A stretch of 63,204 bases of DNA, filler included, from Octopus bimaculoides (taxonomy: Eukaryota), in assembly GCF_001194135.2 (NCBI RefSeq). It is 3 parts of 2 records of this genome, joined end to end, with 100 filler letters (N's around TTAATTAATTAA, not from the genome) between each part and the next. Parts side by side here need not be neighbours in the genome. Positions count along the whole stretch, not along the records: positions 1 to 29,996 come from NC_068984.1; 2 more parts are not named here. One strand, written 5' to 3'. The notes under the pieces were generated by a model. The model was given only the letters and a program-made list of their open reading frames with translations, did no database searches and was not told the origin of the DNA. Of the stretch, positions 1 through 13,187 are shown piece after piece. Positions within the stretch are counted from its first letter, which is position 1; the number at the start of each line of letters is the position of its first letter. Position numbers and translations under genes: made by a program.

Positions 1-33
<33 letters not shown>

Positions 34-907
34 ACATATATAGGTATATGTATATATAGATACATTTAATACTTTTGTTTCATGTATTGTTTAGCGATGA
101 CAAATAAATACCTTTGTGATCGATATTTAATAGAAATTATTGATTCATGCCTCATTAAGCAGGGTTCGGGGTGGGGTTGTTTCTTTTTTTTTTCATCTTT
201 GCTCAGCTGTTTCAATTAGTGAAGACTTGCAGAAATGTCATTTAACAGAACAACAACAGCAACAACAACAACAATAATGGAATGCTGCTGCTGCAACAAC
301 AACAGGAACGAAAACAATATCAACAACAATAACAACGAAAACAACAGCAATAGTAACTGGGAGAAGGATAACAACGACAGCATATTGATAAGGCTGAGAA
401 AAACATAACAATGATCATCACAAGAACGACAACGGCAGCAGCAGCATCAAGTGCATCAATTGCACTAGCAGCAGCAACAACAACAACATGGAAAAGCTGC
501 TAATTGTAATAAAGAGAAACATCGGTGTTTTCTTGGCTCTAGGTTTGCGTAGCAATGGGATCGAACCAGGTGGTGTTTAAGCCTGTCTTTATTAAGAAGG
601 AATGTGACTATATTTTAGAATTAAGGGCTTCCTTCTGTTTCTAGGGCAAACGGCAACGTAATAAGTAATCTTGAAACAATTGGATCATTAACCGCTAATG
701 CGACGCTCTTTAGGGTACACGAGACATATGCAGTTCTCTCCTTAATTAACATACAATTACGACTGTTTCAACCTTTATAGCTCTGTTTCTGTACAATAAA
801 TACACAATGAACATGGCATTTACTTACTCTAATAACCAAGACCCGATTTAAGGGCATAATTAATAACATATTTATACGAATATACATTCACACGTGCATA
901 CGTGTAC

Positions 908-969
<62 letters not shown>

Positions 970-1095
970 ACACACAGACGGACAGATAGATAAACAGATA
1001 TATATATATATAGTTATATAGATAGATAGATATAGATATAGATGTATGTATGTACGTATGTATGTATGTATCTATCTTAAATAAAATGAGACAAT

Positions 1096-1199
1096 AAACC
1101 CAAGCTGTGTAGAATTTATAGGACAATAATAAAGAGAAACAGCTGTAAGACTATCTTTCTCTTTATAAATGTCCTATATATTCCACACAGCCCTGGTTT
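1096..1199. repeat. ~100-bp imperfect foldback around a GAAACAGCTGTA core (possible Penelope-type terminal-repeat remnant)
   Basis: Left arm aaacccaagctgtgtagaatttataggaca...taaagagaaa is the near reverse complement of tttctctttataaatgtcctatatattccacacagccctggttt. Confidence 0.6.
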
Positions 1200-1402
1200 T
1201 GCTATCTCATACTATTTAACATATACATGCTCACACAAGACCCGCATTAAATTCCTCACTCGTATTATTATCGAAGTGAGAGTCTACGTATGGTCCCCCG
1301 CAACACTTACATAGNNNNNNNNNNNNNNNNNNNNNNNNNNNNNNNNNNNNNNNNNNNNNNNNNNNNNNNNNGGGTCTTCTGGATACCAATACCACTCATA
1401 TA

Positions 1403-1433
<31 letters not shown>

Positions 1434-1446
1434 GTGTATGTGTGTG

Positions 1447-1501
<55 letters not shown>

Positions 1502-2865
1502 ATACATACATACATTTCATCTGCTTCAGATGAAAAATAACAAATTCTGGGCTAAAGGGGAAACATCTGACCATTTCAATCGGCAAGATACGAAACGGAT
1601 GGCAGAAAGCGACTTGAGCAAAGAAAGAGAAAAGCTGTGGTGCCTTGTGGAGAAGGAGGAGAGAAGAAGAGAGTAATAGGCGAGTAGACAAAGATGTCGT
1701 CTATTTATCTATCATTCTCTGCCTCTCTCTGTCCCTCTCTCCATATATATATAAATTTAAGTCTCAATATATGGTTTCAAGTAATCCGGTAGTACTCATA
1801 AAAAAAGCTACAAAACGTATAAAACGTGGAGAAAACGATAAGAAGTGAATAGAGTCATAAATGACATTGAAATAATTTGATGGAATTTCATTTAACAATA
1901 AGAAAATGCTAATGTCACGCCAAATGCAATTTAAAAACATGTAAATAATTCATATTATTATATTTGATGATAAATAAATTACTTACGTGCTTACATTAAT
2001 GCAAAATGCAAAAAAATCCTTCACAATAATGGGAGACTATCTTCCATACTTTCTGTGATTTAAAAAATATTTGCTTTTACCTTCAAATTTCTAAATTTTT
2101 CAATTTAATATCGTTCATATTTTCATGCTGATATCAATCCCTACATTTCATAAATATTGTCTCTAAGTTTATTTATTTACTTTTAGTTTGTTATTATGAT
2201 CATCATATTTTTTCTCAATGTTTACGATATTGTTTTTTTCTAGATTTTTAGTAATAAATGTATCTCTTTTCTTTTATTGTACTAATAATATCCACTAGTT
2301 ACTTTTTAATTATATTACTAAAATTTCCTTCCATTTATTAGAAAATCCTCTTATATCAATTTTATTATCATTGTCTTCCATAATATTTTAAAACTTTGAC
2401 TTTGCATTCCTATAATGTTACATCGAGAATCTACTCCTTAACAAAAACATTCTTTAACCTGAGGACATACCTGAAATATTCCATTATTTTGAAAGGACAT
2501 TTTGTATTTTGCATTAATGCAGGTATATAGGAAATTTATTTATAACTATCATTAAATATAATAATAAAAAATTATTTACATGTTTTCAAGTTACGAAACA
2601 ATTTGTTGTGCTATTAAAATTTATTAAATAAAATTTCTTCAAATATTTCACTGTTATTTATGACGTGTGTGTCTGTCTGTGTGTGTGTGTGTGTGTGTGT
2701 TATACATCGATATACTTACAGATATTGAATCGAGTGTGAGCAGCAAAATATGTTTACTCTTTTAAATTTAAAATTTGACTTTCTCACCCTGCCATGATTT
2801 TATTTATCCAGAATTATCCCCCTTACAACACCTGCTGCCACAGCACGTGTTCAACATACGCTTGT

Positions 2866-2938
<73 letters not shown>

Positions 2939-3995
2939 AAAGTATTAATTTCGTGTTTAGCTTCTGTAAACTTTATACGTAAATACTTAGTCACTGAAGT
3001 GGTTAATTTTTACTAGTAAATGTGAAAACCAGCAGATATTGATTTCATTTCAATACCCCTGAGCAAAACGAAATATTTCAACTGATATTATTCCAAAATG
3101 AACAGAAGAAAGAAGCCATTTGTGAATCTATATTCCAACAATGCTAGGGATTATTCGATAGAAACAACAAAACAAAAAAAAAACGGTAATTGAATGAAAA
3201 AGATGATGAAAGATAGACTCTTTGTTTTATATATTACGACAAAAACTAGAAATACAATGTTCCTTCAATAACAAAATAAGGACCTCGTAGCAAGGTCTGA
3301 AACGTTTAAATTTATAAAAGAAAGAGACGCTAAGAATATTGTTTTGACGTGAAGAGAAATAAGTAATAGAAGAGAAAGAGTTTCATAGAAAACGTGTTTC
3401 CTTTATTATTTCAATTCAGCTGACAGATAAATAGTGCAGTCTGAATTATTAGTCTTCTGGACACTTCATGGTTATGGAAAGGTTGCTAACACAGTATTTC
3501 CGATATGTGAAATATTCCACTGTCATCAGGCGATATTCCTGAGTTTAGTCAGCAACTGGAAGATCTAAAGGTTGTCTCGACAACACCAACGATAGGAGGA
3601 AAGAGGGAACGAAGCAAATGTCAATATTATGCAGTCTGAAATTTATAACAACAACAACAACAATAATCTTGATAATAATAACAATTTCAAGTACAGACAC
3701 AATGATGCCTGAATTTTCCTTTTCTTTTGGAGGGGGTGAATGTCGGTTATATCAACCCCAATACTTTACTGGAACTCCGAAAGAAAAATTTGCAAAGTTA
3801 ACTGTGTATGGTGGATTTGAACTCAGAACGTCAATATCGCAAATTGAATTAACATACACATCAGAAGGGTAAAATACTTGTATGTAATTATTCGCACACA
3901 CATTAAATAATTCTATGAGAAACCCCAAGTGGGACCGAAACCAGTGAGTGGAGTTGGTCATGTGCACAGTGCCACCGAAATTAATATCGATTTCC

Positions 3996-4163
3996 TTTGG
4001 ACAAGGTCCTGGAGCTATTTTTTCCAGGTCCAAAATCTAATTTGGCCAAGTCCAGTATAAGTGTGCTTTGACCACTTCCAACATTTACCTATTTTGACAC
4101 GATCCACTACCTGTCTATTTTAATTAGGTCCACTATTTATTTTGACCGGGTCCAATATCTATT
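3996..4163. repeat. Degenerate ~22-26 bp minisatellite (TTTGACCAGGTCCA...CTAT-like), about 7 units
   Basis: Recurring tttg(a/g)cc..gtcca motifs at roughly regular spacing. Confidence 0.45.
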
Positions 4164-4610
4164 TTAAGATAAAAAGAAAAGGAATCTTACTAATATTTAG
4201 GTATTTGTCGAAGCCATTAACCACCAAAGGAAAACAAACTGGCTTTAACCAGGAATGGAGACGTTTTACGCCCTTATATCTCGCTAATCTCTTGTAACAG
4301 AAATATTTCATAACTGATGGCTTACATGAAGTATTTGGATACTATGTGACTAAAGTAACAAAGAATATGGTTATTTTGTCGATCGCGCATCTGTCGGCAG
4401 AGGACAAAATCTATAATGAGAATGTTGCAGTAGAATAAAAGTTTTGAATTTGAATGAATTCTGTGAACTCATGAAACAGAATGTTGTATATATTTACATA
4501 AGAGTCTGTTTGTCTGTCTGCCTGCCTGTATCTCTCTCTCTCACTCTCTCTGTCTAATATATATATAAATATATGTATAAATGCATGTATATAAATATAT
4601 GTATAAATGC

Positions 4611-4672
<62 letters not shown>

Positions 4673-4923
4673 CAAACATACATACATATATATATATATA
4701 TGTATATATGTATATGTATGTACAATTAATGATTTGAGAGAATGACGCAGATCAGAGAGTTAATTAATCAAATTATTATAGTATGGAATGCAACGATGAA
4801 GGGAAGTTCACTGTTGTTTGGTGATCCATAACTCCACTCGTACCCAAAGATGAATGGAACTGTGAGTGTGACATAAAAAACATCATTATAAAAGCAGACG
4901 AATCGATTATGTCGCAATGGATT

Positions 4924-5114
4924 ATCTTTCTTTTACTTGTTTCTGTCATTTTGACTGCAGCCATGCTGGAGCACCGCCTGTAGTCGAACAAATCGACCCC
5001 AGGACTTATTCTTTCTAAGCATAGAACTATATTCTATCACTGTCTTTTGCCGAACCGCTTGGTTACAGGGACGTAAGCACACCAACATTGGTTGTCAAGC
5101 GAAAGCGGGAGGGA

Positions 5115-5120
<6 letters not shown>
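4924..5120 (-). mobile_element. SINE family A, 3' half, running into (CA)n
   Basis: Reverse complement reads ...aagaataagtcctggggtcgatttgttcgactacaggcggtgctccagcatggctgcagtc...gaaacaagtaaaaga; homologous to copies at 16.84, 19.86, 33.24 and 62.98 kb. Confidence 0.85.
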
Positions 5121-5204
<84 letters not shown>

Positions 5205-5995
5205 CACGCGCATATAAGCAATGGATTATCTAGTACTGCTACAATTGCATCATTAAGAGATTTATTGTGATAGAAACCTAGTCAGAAATGTAATATGCAC
5301 AAAATCCATAAAAATATTTATTACGTTATGCAAATTTCAACTCATCAGGCCAACCAAATACATCAATGATTAGTGAGATGCTGATTAATGAAGAGATCAT
5401 CATCAACAAGATTTTAACTGATGGTTCACATGCCACTGCTAGCTTATATCACTGGTAAATCAGATGGGCTGAGAGTTGTTTAACGAATTACAAATTCTTA
5501 TGGATGCTGTGCATACTTATAACTCTGACTCTTAATGAAAAAAATTGTGGCACAGCACTAAGATAGTCCATTCGTCTGTTTTATTATGGCGTGTATATAT
5601 ATATATNNNNNNNNNNNNNNNNNNNNNNNNNNNNNNNNNNNNNNNNNNNNNNNNNNNNNNNNNNNNNNNNNNNNNNNNNNNNNNNNNNNNNNNNNNNNNN
5701 NNNNNNNNNNNNNNNNNNNNNATATATACACAAATATGTATATGTGTATATATATATATATATGTATGTATATATATATATATGCATATGTACATACATC
5801 TATATATATACATATATATGCATATACATACATATACATATATATACATATACATATACATACATACATATACATACATATACATACATATACATACATA
5901 TACATATATATATACACATACATACATGCATACATATATGTACATGGTGGTCGTCTGCTCCTTATGCAGTCTGACCACCTCTTATATCTATCTAT

Positions 5996-6092
<97 letters not shown>

Positions 6093-7503
6093 TTCTGTAT
6101 ATTTTATATACATATATTTGTGTGTGTGTGTAACACACATACACATATACAATAATAAGGAAATGGTTGTCAACAGATTAAAGTTTGAATGATCCAATGT
6201 TACAAGATAGATAAATTTGACGGAAATGCTTTCCTGCATTTTTTTAGGTATAGATTTAGTTTGAAGCTGCCAGTAACATTAGCTGACGTTTCTATGGTTC
6301 TAAACATACATAAATTACCTACACATTAAGCGGTCTTCTGTTTGGCATTCGAAATTATTTGATCACTTATGTATACATATGTATTCATACCTGTATGCGT
6401 ATGCCAGTGTGCGTGCACATTCATTTCATTATCATACATTTACAGAACAATGTATTCATTATTTTGAAAAAAAAAATATCTGTATAAGCAACAAATCTCT
6501 CAATCCCCACATCCTTTCAGTATCATTATTATTGTATTTTACACGTTTTTAAAAATTTTATTTTCATCACCGAGTGAATTGTTTGTAATTTGTAATAGCG
6601 ATTTACTTCCGGTTCTGTTATTTACAAATAATATAACGACTAAGTTTTACGACTATTTCTAGTTACGGCAGAAAAAGCAATAAAATTATATAAAACGATA
6701 TGCATACATACGCATATAGGAATATGAATATACGTACAAACATATAGCAGTGCGGTTTCGAGTGTGACCTGGTGCAAAATAATTGTATAAAAAAACCTCA
6801 ATAGTTAGCTTTTATGTAAAGTATATACATGGTATTATATGGCCATCTTACATCAATGCGTCGCTCAGTGTCCCTATTCTTAGACGGAACTGACTGAAAG
6901 AGCAGATAGCAATCTTATGGTTATGAACGTGGCTCTAGATTATCGGTTTGTCCTGCGATCAAGATGACGGTCTATGAAAATCCCACTTTTTAGGGCTTCA
7001 CAGTATATANNNNNNNNNNNNNNNNNNNNNNNNNNNNNNNNNNNNNNNNNNNNNNNNNNNNNNNNNNNNNNNNNNNNNNNNNNNNNNNNNNNNNNNNNNN
7101 NNNNNNNNNNNNNNNNNNNNNNNNNNNNNNNNNNNNNNNNNNNNNNNNNNNNNNNNNNNNNNNNNNNNNNNNNNNNNNNNNNNNNNNNNNNNNNNNNNNN
7201 NNNNNNNNNNNNNNNNNNNNNNNNNNNNNNNNNNNNNNNNNNNNNNNNNNNNNNNNNNNNNNNNNNNNNNNNNNNNNNNNNNNNNNNNNNNNNNNNNNNN
7301 NNNNNNNNNNNNNNNNNNNNNNNNNNNNNNNNNNNNNNNNNNNNNNNNNNNNNNNNNNNNNNNNNNNNNNNNNNNNNNNNNNNNNNNNNNNNNNNNNNNN
7401 NNNNNNNNNNNNNNNNNNNNNNNNNNNNNNNNNNNNNNNNNNNNNNNNNNNNNNNNNNNNNNNNNNNNNNNNNNNNNNNNNNNNNNNNNNNNNNNNNNNN
7501 NNN

Positions 7504-7534
<31 letters not shown>

Positions 7535-8442
7535 TATATATATGCACACCCATAGAATCACATATATGTATCTTTGCACATGATTGAATAAGTACCTGTG
7601 TGTTACGCGGATAGACACATTCAGTTGTTTACAAACAACATATCGAGGATAAAGATTACCAACCGCCAACTATCAGATACAAGTTGCTAACATTGAAACG
7701 ACTGATCTAGACTATTTTATAATATACATATTTCTCATCTTTCTCGATGTCATCATCTTCATCATCATCGGCATAATTTCTCCGTCATTTCTCGTACATT
7801 TTCTTCTGTAATATGATTTTCATCGTTACAAATTTAACATAAAAATATCAGATTCTACAATACCGATATTTCTACAGTTTTCGTCTATATACAATATCAA
7901 GGTATATACAGTAATATAGGCATATATAGTATTCTGATGTTTATTGTATTCAAGTGTGTTTAACAATGTGAATATTGCTGTATAGTGTTAAAAGCCTAGT
8001 CATTATTTATTGATGTATTACTGTTGTAAAACAGTAATACAACAACTATTTTCACCTGTATCGTTTCTCTTTACAAGGACGATTATTTTTCTGTATAAAG
8101 TTATGTTGCTGAGTTGTGACCATTTCTGTCTGTTCGCATTATATCCAGTTTTATTAATATCTTAATGCTATGAGCTCTGTCACATTTGACTGTATTATGT
8201 ATGTAGACTAAATTGAATTTTTCTCTTGCGACTCGAGTTCCGCAGCACTCCAATTATCGGGCAGGGGTTTTCACTTGCTTATCACTGAAACTCAAATCAT
8301 GAGGAGAATTTAGTTCAAATAAGCAATGGACTCTACACCACCACCATTGGTAAACAGTAGGTTTTGAGTATGTGCATCACCTGGTAGTCGTTCATACACC
8401 TGTCTTCGTCTTTTGTTTTTCTGTAAATTTATATATATATAT

Positions 8443-8593
8443 ATAAAACTCCGAGTTTCGGATGTCGGGGCGGAAATCTGCTCCGACATCTCGTCAGTTA
8501 TTAAGACAAAGCAAAAATGCTATGTTTTGTCTTAATAACTGACGAGATGCCGGAGCAGATTTCTGCCCCAATATCCAAAACTCCGAGTTTTAT
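8443..8593. mobile_element. MITE-like palindromic element (~70-bp arms) inserted in a TA tract
   Basis: aaaactccgagtttcggatgtcggggcggaaatctgctccgacatctcgtcagttattaagacaaagca pairs with tgttttgtcttaataactgacgagatgccggagcagatttctgccccaatatccaaaactccgagtttt. Confidence 0.8.
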
Positions 8594-8707
8594 TATGATA
8601 ACCGAATAATTGTCATATTATTTTACAGATAAATTCCTCTATTTACATAATATCGAGGTCTCGTTCATTCTTTTGTTGTAATATGATTATTATTATTATT
8701 ATTATTA

Positions 8708-8740
<33 letters not shown>

Positions 8741-9470
8741 NNNNNNNNNNNNNNNNNNNNNNNNNNNNNNNNNNNNNNNNNNNNNNNNNNNNNNNNNNNN
8801 NNNNNNNNNNNNNNNATATATATATATATATATATACAGTTATTATTGCATGTATGCATGTATGTATGTTGTAACACTCGAAATACCTAGTTGCTCCAGG
8901 ATACAACCCTGACCATGCGTCCAAGAATTACATCTGTAGACGTATGTAGCATTATATACAAATACATTTACATGCACGCACCCATACACACGCGCACACA
9001 CATACATACATGCATACATTAATACATACGTACATTAATGCATACATACATACATGCACGCATGCATACATACGTCCAAAATATCATTCTAATATATGTC
9101 TATGAATGTATTATTGCTACTATTATTATTGTTGTTGATTTTATTATTGTCATCCTGGTTGGTGTTCATCATATACGAGAATATCACATTTGTTCGCTGT
9201 AGCTAAAACATGGAGCCTGTCTTTCGACGGTAGAGATTTACTTAGATAGAAAGTTATGGAAATATCTTAATGGAACGGAATATAATTACAAGAGATATAA
9301 TAAACTGAATGAAAATCGAAGAATATAACAAAATACATAAACTTGTATCAGAGTTATACGCAAGTGGGATGAAATAAAAATTCATGTATGAACAGTTTCA
9401 AAGGAAAGTAGAACACGCCCCCACCATATACATACATACATACATACATACATACATACATACATACGTA

Positions 9471-10003
9471 CAGGGTGGGACAGAGAGGACGGACATTTTT
9501 GAAATGGTTATTACTCAGCCTCAAGGAGAGGTAGCATTCGGTCCTTGGTGTCTTAGCTTTTTGTCTTAATTTTCAGGTAAAGTTATGGCGCTGTGGACGA
9601 TAGAGCATCGCGTGTTTGCCTACAACAATTACGCGTCAGACAAGCTTTGATACAGAGTCCGAATCGCTCTGCTCGGAGGCATTCTACCGAACTTGGCATC
9701 GTAATCAATAGGTAAAGCATATTTTGCATGAAGACCTGCATTTCCACCCGTACAAATTGGTCACTGGCAACAGTTCACACCATGGGACTATGCGCAGAGC
9801 AATGCTGGAGAGAGTGGAGGCCAACTTCCAAGAACTCATTTAGAAATGCATTAATGAAAACGGACACCACATTATGAATGTTGTCTTCCACACTTGATTT
9901 TGATAACTGCTAATTCAATTGCTGTCAATAAAATTTTGCTTGCAGCTAAAATTAAGGATTTTGTGAGGTTTTCAAAAACGTCCGTCCTCTCTGCCTCGTC
10001 CTG
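9471..10003 (+). mobile_element. Internally deleted Tc1/mariner-superfamily DNA transposon
   Basis: ~34-bp TIRs (cagggtgggacagagaggacggacatttttgaaa / ttttcaaaaacgtccgtcctctctgcctcgtcctg) with TA on both sides. Internal remnants read MALWTIEHRVFAY, HILHEDLHFHPYKL and C-terminal AMLERVEANFQE...KCINENGHH, typical of mariner-like (maT-type) transposases. Confidence 0.88.
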
Positions 10004-10092
10004 TACATGCATACATACATACATACATACATGAATGCATACATCTTCGGAGAGCACCGTGTGTAAATGTTTAGTGCTAAAAAGCACAAAAG

Positions 10093-10124
<32 letters not shown>

Positions 10125-11981
10125 TTATATATATGTGTATGCATTATATATATATATATGTGTATGCGTGTGTGTGAGTGTGCATAAAATAGTGTAGAGC
10201 TATTATCCTCTGTTTCAGGTGGTCTTTATAGAGAAGACATTTTAGTAGTACTAATTTATCTACATATAGATTCAGAAAGAATCTTCATAACGTCTTCAAA
10301 AATTTACTTTTGGGGCGTATTTCGACACCGTTAACTTTATTAATACCTCAATAAATATAGAAATTTTTTTATGAAATATAGTGAAAAACCGCAATACATT
10401 CACTGAGGAACATCTTTGTGAATATGTCCTTTAAATCTTTTCCCTTTCATCAAAGTAATATGGATTTAATCAAACCCTTAGGATGTAACACACAATAATA
10501 CCGGATACCATTATAGAGTGAAATATATCCAAAATACAAGATTAACGATAATGAAGCAGCAAAAATGACGCATTAATTCGTATAATCCGCCTTTAAATTT
10601 ACAGGTAACTACTTCGCTAGATAACATTAAAAAAAAATCTTATGAAAATTCTTCCATTCAATAAACTAATCTCACAAATTACTCAACCAGCAAAATGTCA
10701 AAATTTTTTACTGTACAACTTATAATTTCGAACGCACTCTCGCCAATTCAAAACTTTTTATAACATCTACTCAATCTAACCAACAGAAATCGTCCATCTT
10801 CAAACACTTTGTTTGGATTAACATCAAATTTTACCCGTGGTAAATGGTAAGGTTAAAGAATTAACAAGGATTAATGGCTAATTCTCAAAATCAGATTTAA
10901 CATAGTTTGGCCTAACAACCGAATAACTAAATCTTCAAGCCTTTAAAACTAACATTTGAAATTTTTGACTATTTCTGGTTACTATGTAATTATACAAATT
11001 GCAAGACAGTCCTCTCTCTCTCTTTACACTACAATTAATATTTGTGTCTGACGATTAAATCTAATGCACAAAATCGTACGGTTCATACACAGAACCAACT
11101 TTATTCCCCAATATATAATTTTTGACATGTATCTTATTTGTGTTTGACTAAAATAACTTTATAATTGTAAAAACAAATACAGACAATTATAATCTAGTTA
11201 GCAACAAGGTTATTTTTTATTAATAAACTAGCATGGATTGAATATTTTGCTCAATATTAACCATTAAAATAACTCGTATTATCAACAACATTCTAACCAG
11301 TAACCACATATACACACAGGCACACACACACAGACACTCCAACACATATATACACTCATCCACAATATACCTTGCATTATTTCACACTTTTCTATATTTG
11401 AACAATACTTTTTGTCTCTTTTACTCATCGCGAATACGCACCTTTTATCCAAATCTATCAAATTCCTTCTTCATCAATTATTTGGTCTCAACTCTTCATC
11501 TATGTTTTATAAGCGTAATAACACATTCCTTTCAATACATTTTGGTAAACCTGATTTAGATGACACTTCAAAGTCTTTCTCAGCTTAAAAAAAAAACAAC
11601 ATAAATCGTTAACTTTACTACAGGTATTGAGTTCGTTTGCATATTTGAGCATATGTTAAAAACTTCTACCTCATTATAAACACATATATGTATATATGTA
11701 TGTGTACATATATAGTCATATATATACACATATGTGTATGTATATTCACACATGTATCAAAGAATGTATATATAGACTTGTATTTTGTACATATCTATAT
11801 ATATATATAGATATAGATTTATATACATATGTATATATTTATATATAAACATGTATGTGTGTATATACACGCAAATAACAAAGTATATTTTTATATGTAT
11901 ATGTATATAAATATATATAGTCATACTTAAACACATTATACGTACATACATCTATATGTGCATGTACATATATATACACAT

Positions 11982-12020
<39 letters not shown>

Positions 12021-12944
12021 ACTATGTATATATGTATATATATGAATATATATATATATANNNNNNNNNNNNNNNNNNNNNNNNNNNNNNNNNNNNNNNN
12101 NNNNNNNNNNNNNNNNNNNNNNNNNNNNNNNNNNNNNNNNNNNNNNNNNNNNNNNNNNNNNNNNNNNNNNNNNNNNNNNNNNNNNNNNNNNNNNNNNNNN
12201 NNNNNNNNNNNNNNNNNNNNNNNNNNNNNNNNNNNNNNNNNNNNNNNNNNNNNNNNNNNNNNNNNNNNNNNNNNNNNNNNNNNNNNNNNNNNNNNNNNNN
12301 NNNNNNNNNNNNNNNNNNNNNNNNNNNNNNNNNNNNNNNNNNNNNNNNNNNNNNNNNNNNNNNNNNNNNNNNNNNNNNNNNNNNNNNNNNNNNNNNNNNN
12401 NNNNNNNNNNNNNNNNNNNNNNNNNNNNNNNNNNNNNNNNNNNNNNNNNNNNNNNNNNNNNNNNNNNNNNNNNNNNNNNNNNNNNNNNNNNNNNNNNNNN
12501 NNNNNTAAGTGTAGGTTCAAGAATTATATACATACAAATATATTTTTAAAAATCAAACTTTTTTTCCGCATTTCTCTTCAAGTAATGTTTGTGTTTAATT
12601 TTACAAGTTAACATTGAAGGATCTCTAATGACATTTCTTAAATGGGAAAACAAACCTAGCACTGAGATTCTGCAATTTTTTTTTTCTAAAGTTAAATATA
12701 TATTTCTTTTGTTGCTTTTGAAATTTGTTTTTCGTTTTTTTTTTTGTGAAGATATCCATAATTTTGTTTTGTTTTTGTTTTCAATGACTGCTGATTAATT
12801 GAACCATTCGCCTTCATCATTTAAAACAAGATTGAGGATTAATGACGATATGTCTTGTTAGGCAATAAAGCAGCAGATCCTATATATGGCACGGCCAGTC
12901 GGTGGTGAGGTCACTTAAGTTTTGTTGGCCAATCGAAGGGAGCC

Positions 12945-13061
12945 TCACAGTGGTGTTGGTTCAGGATTAACGTTAGCATTAGAGACGGAAGAATATGGCG
13001 GAGGATTGTCGTTGAAACCTTCACGAATGTTAATGTCTGGCCGGAAAAGCAATTTGATTCT
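12945..13061 (-). CDS. SLC6A1: GAT-like terminal coding exon, 117 bp including TGA
   Basis: Polypyrimidine acceptor cttttcttttcag|AGA ATC AAA; encodes [38 protein letters not shown]. RIxxLxxP is the expected post-TM12 motif and phase 0 matches the previous exon. Confidence 0.88.
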   Translation of the reverse strand, partial: RIKLLFRPDINIREGFNDNPPPYSSVSNANVNPEPTPL

Positions 13062-13128
13062 CTGAAAAGAAAAGTAGGGAAATGTTGAAAAATACCGAGA
13101 CATTATTTAGTAGCGATGGTATGATGAT

Positions 13129-13187
<59 letters not shown>

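Noticed and set aside
5335-5349. Minus-strand CTGATGA-GTT-GAAA hammerhead-like core
   Set aside because: No stem II and no convincing stems I or III; could be chance.
5532-7669. YIYI, HTHT, CVCV and X-filled ORFs here and throughout the window
   Set aside because: Dinucleotide microsatellites and gaps read through without stops.
7720-7812. Alternative GAT terminal exon (acidic DDDEDDD stretch after a minus-strand tacag)
   Set aside because: Frame 0 stops after KKMYEK and the acidic run is a GAT-type microsatellite; the exon at 13061-12945 fits far better.
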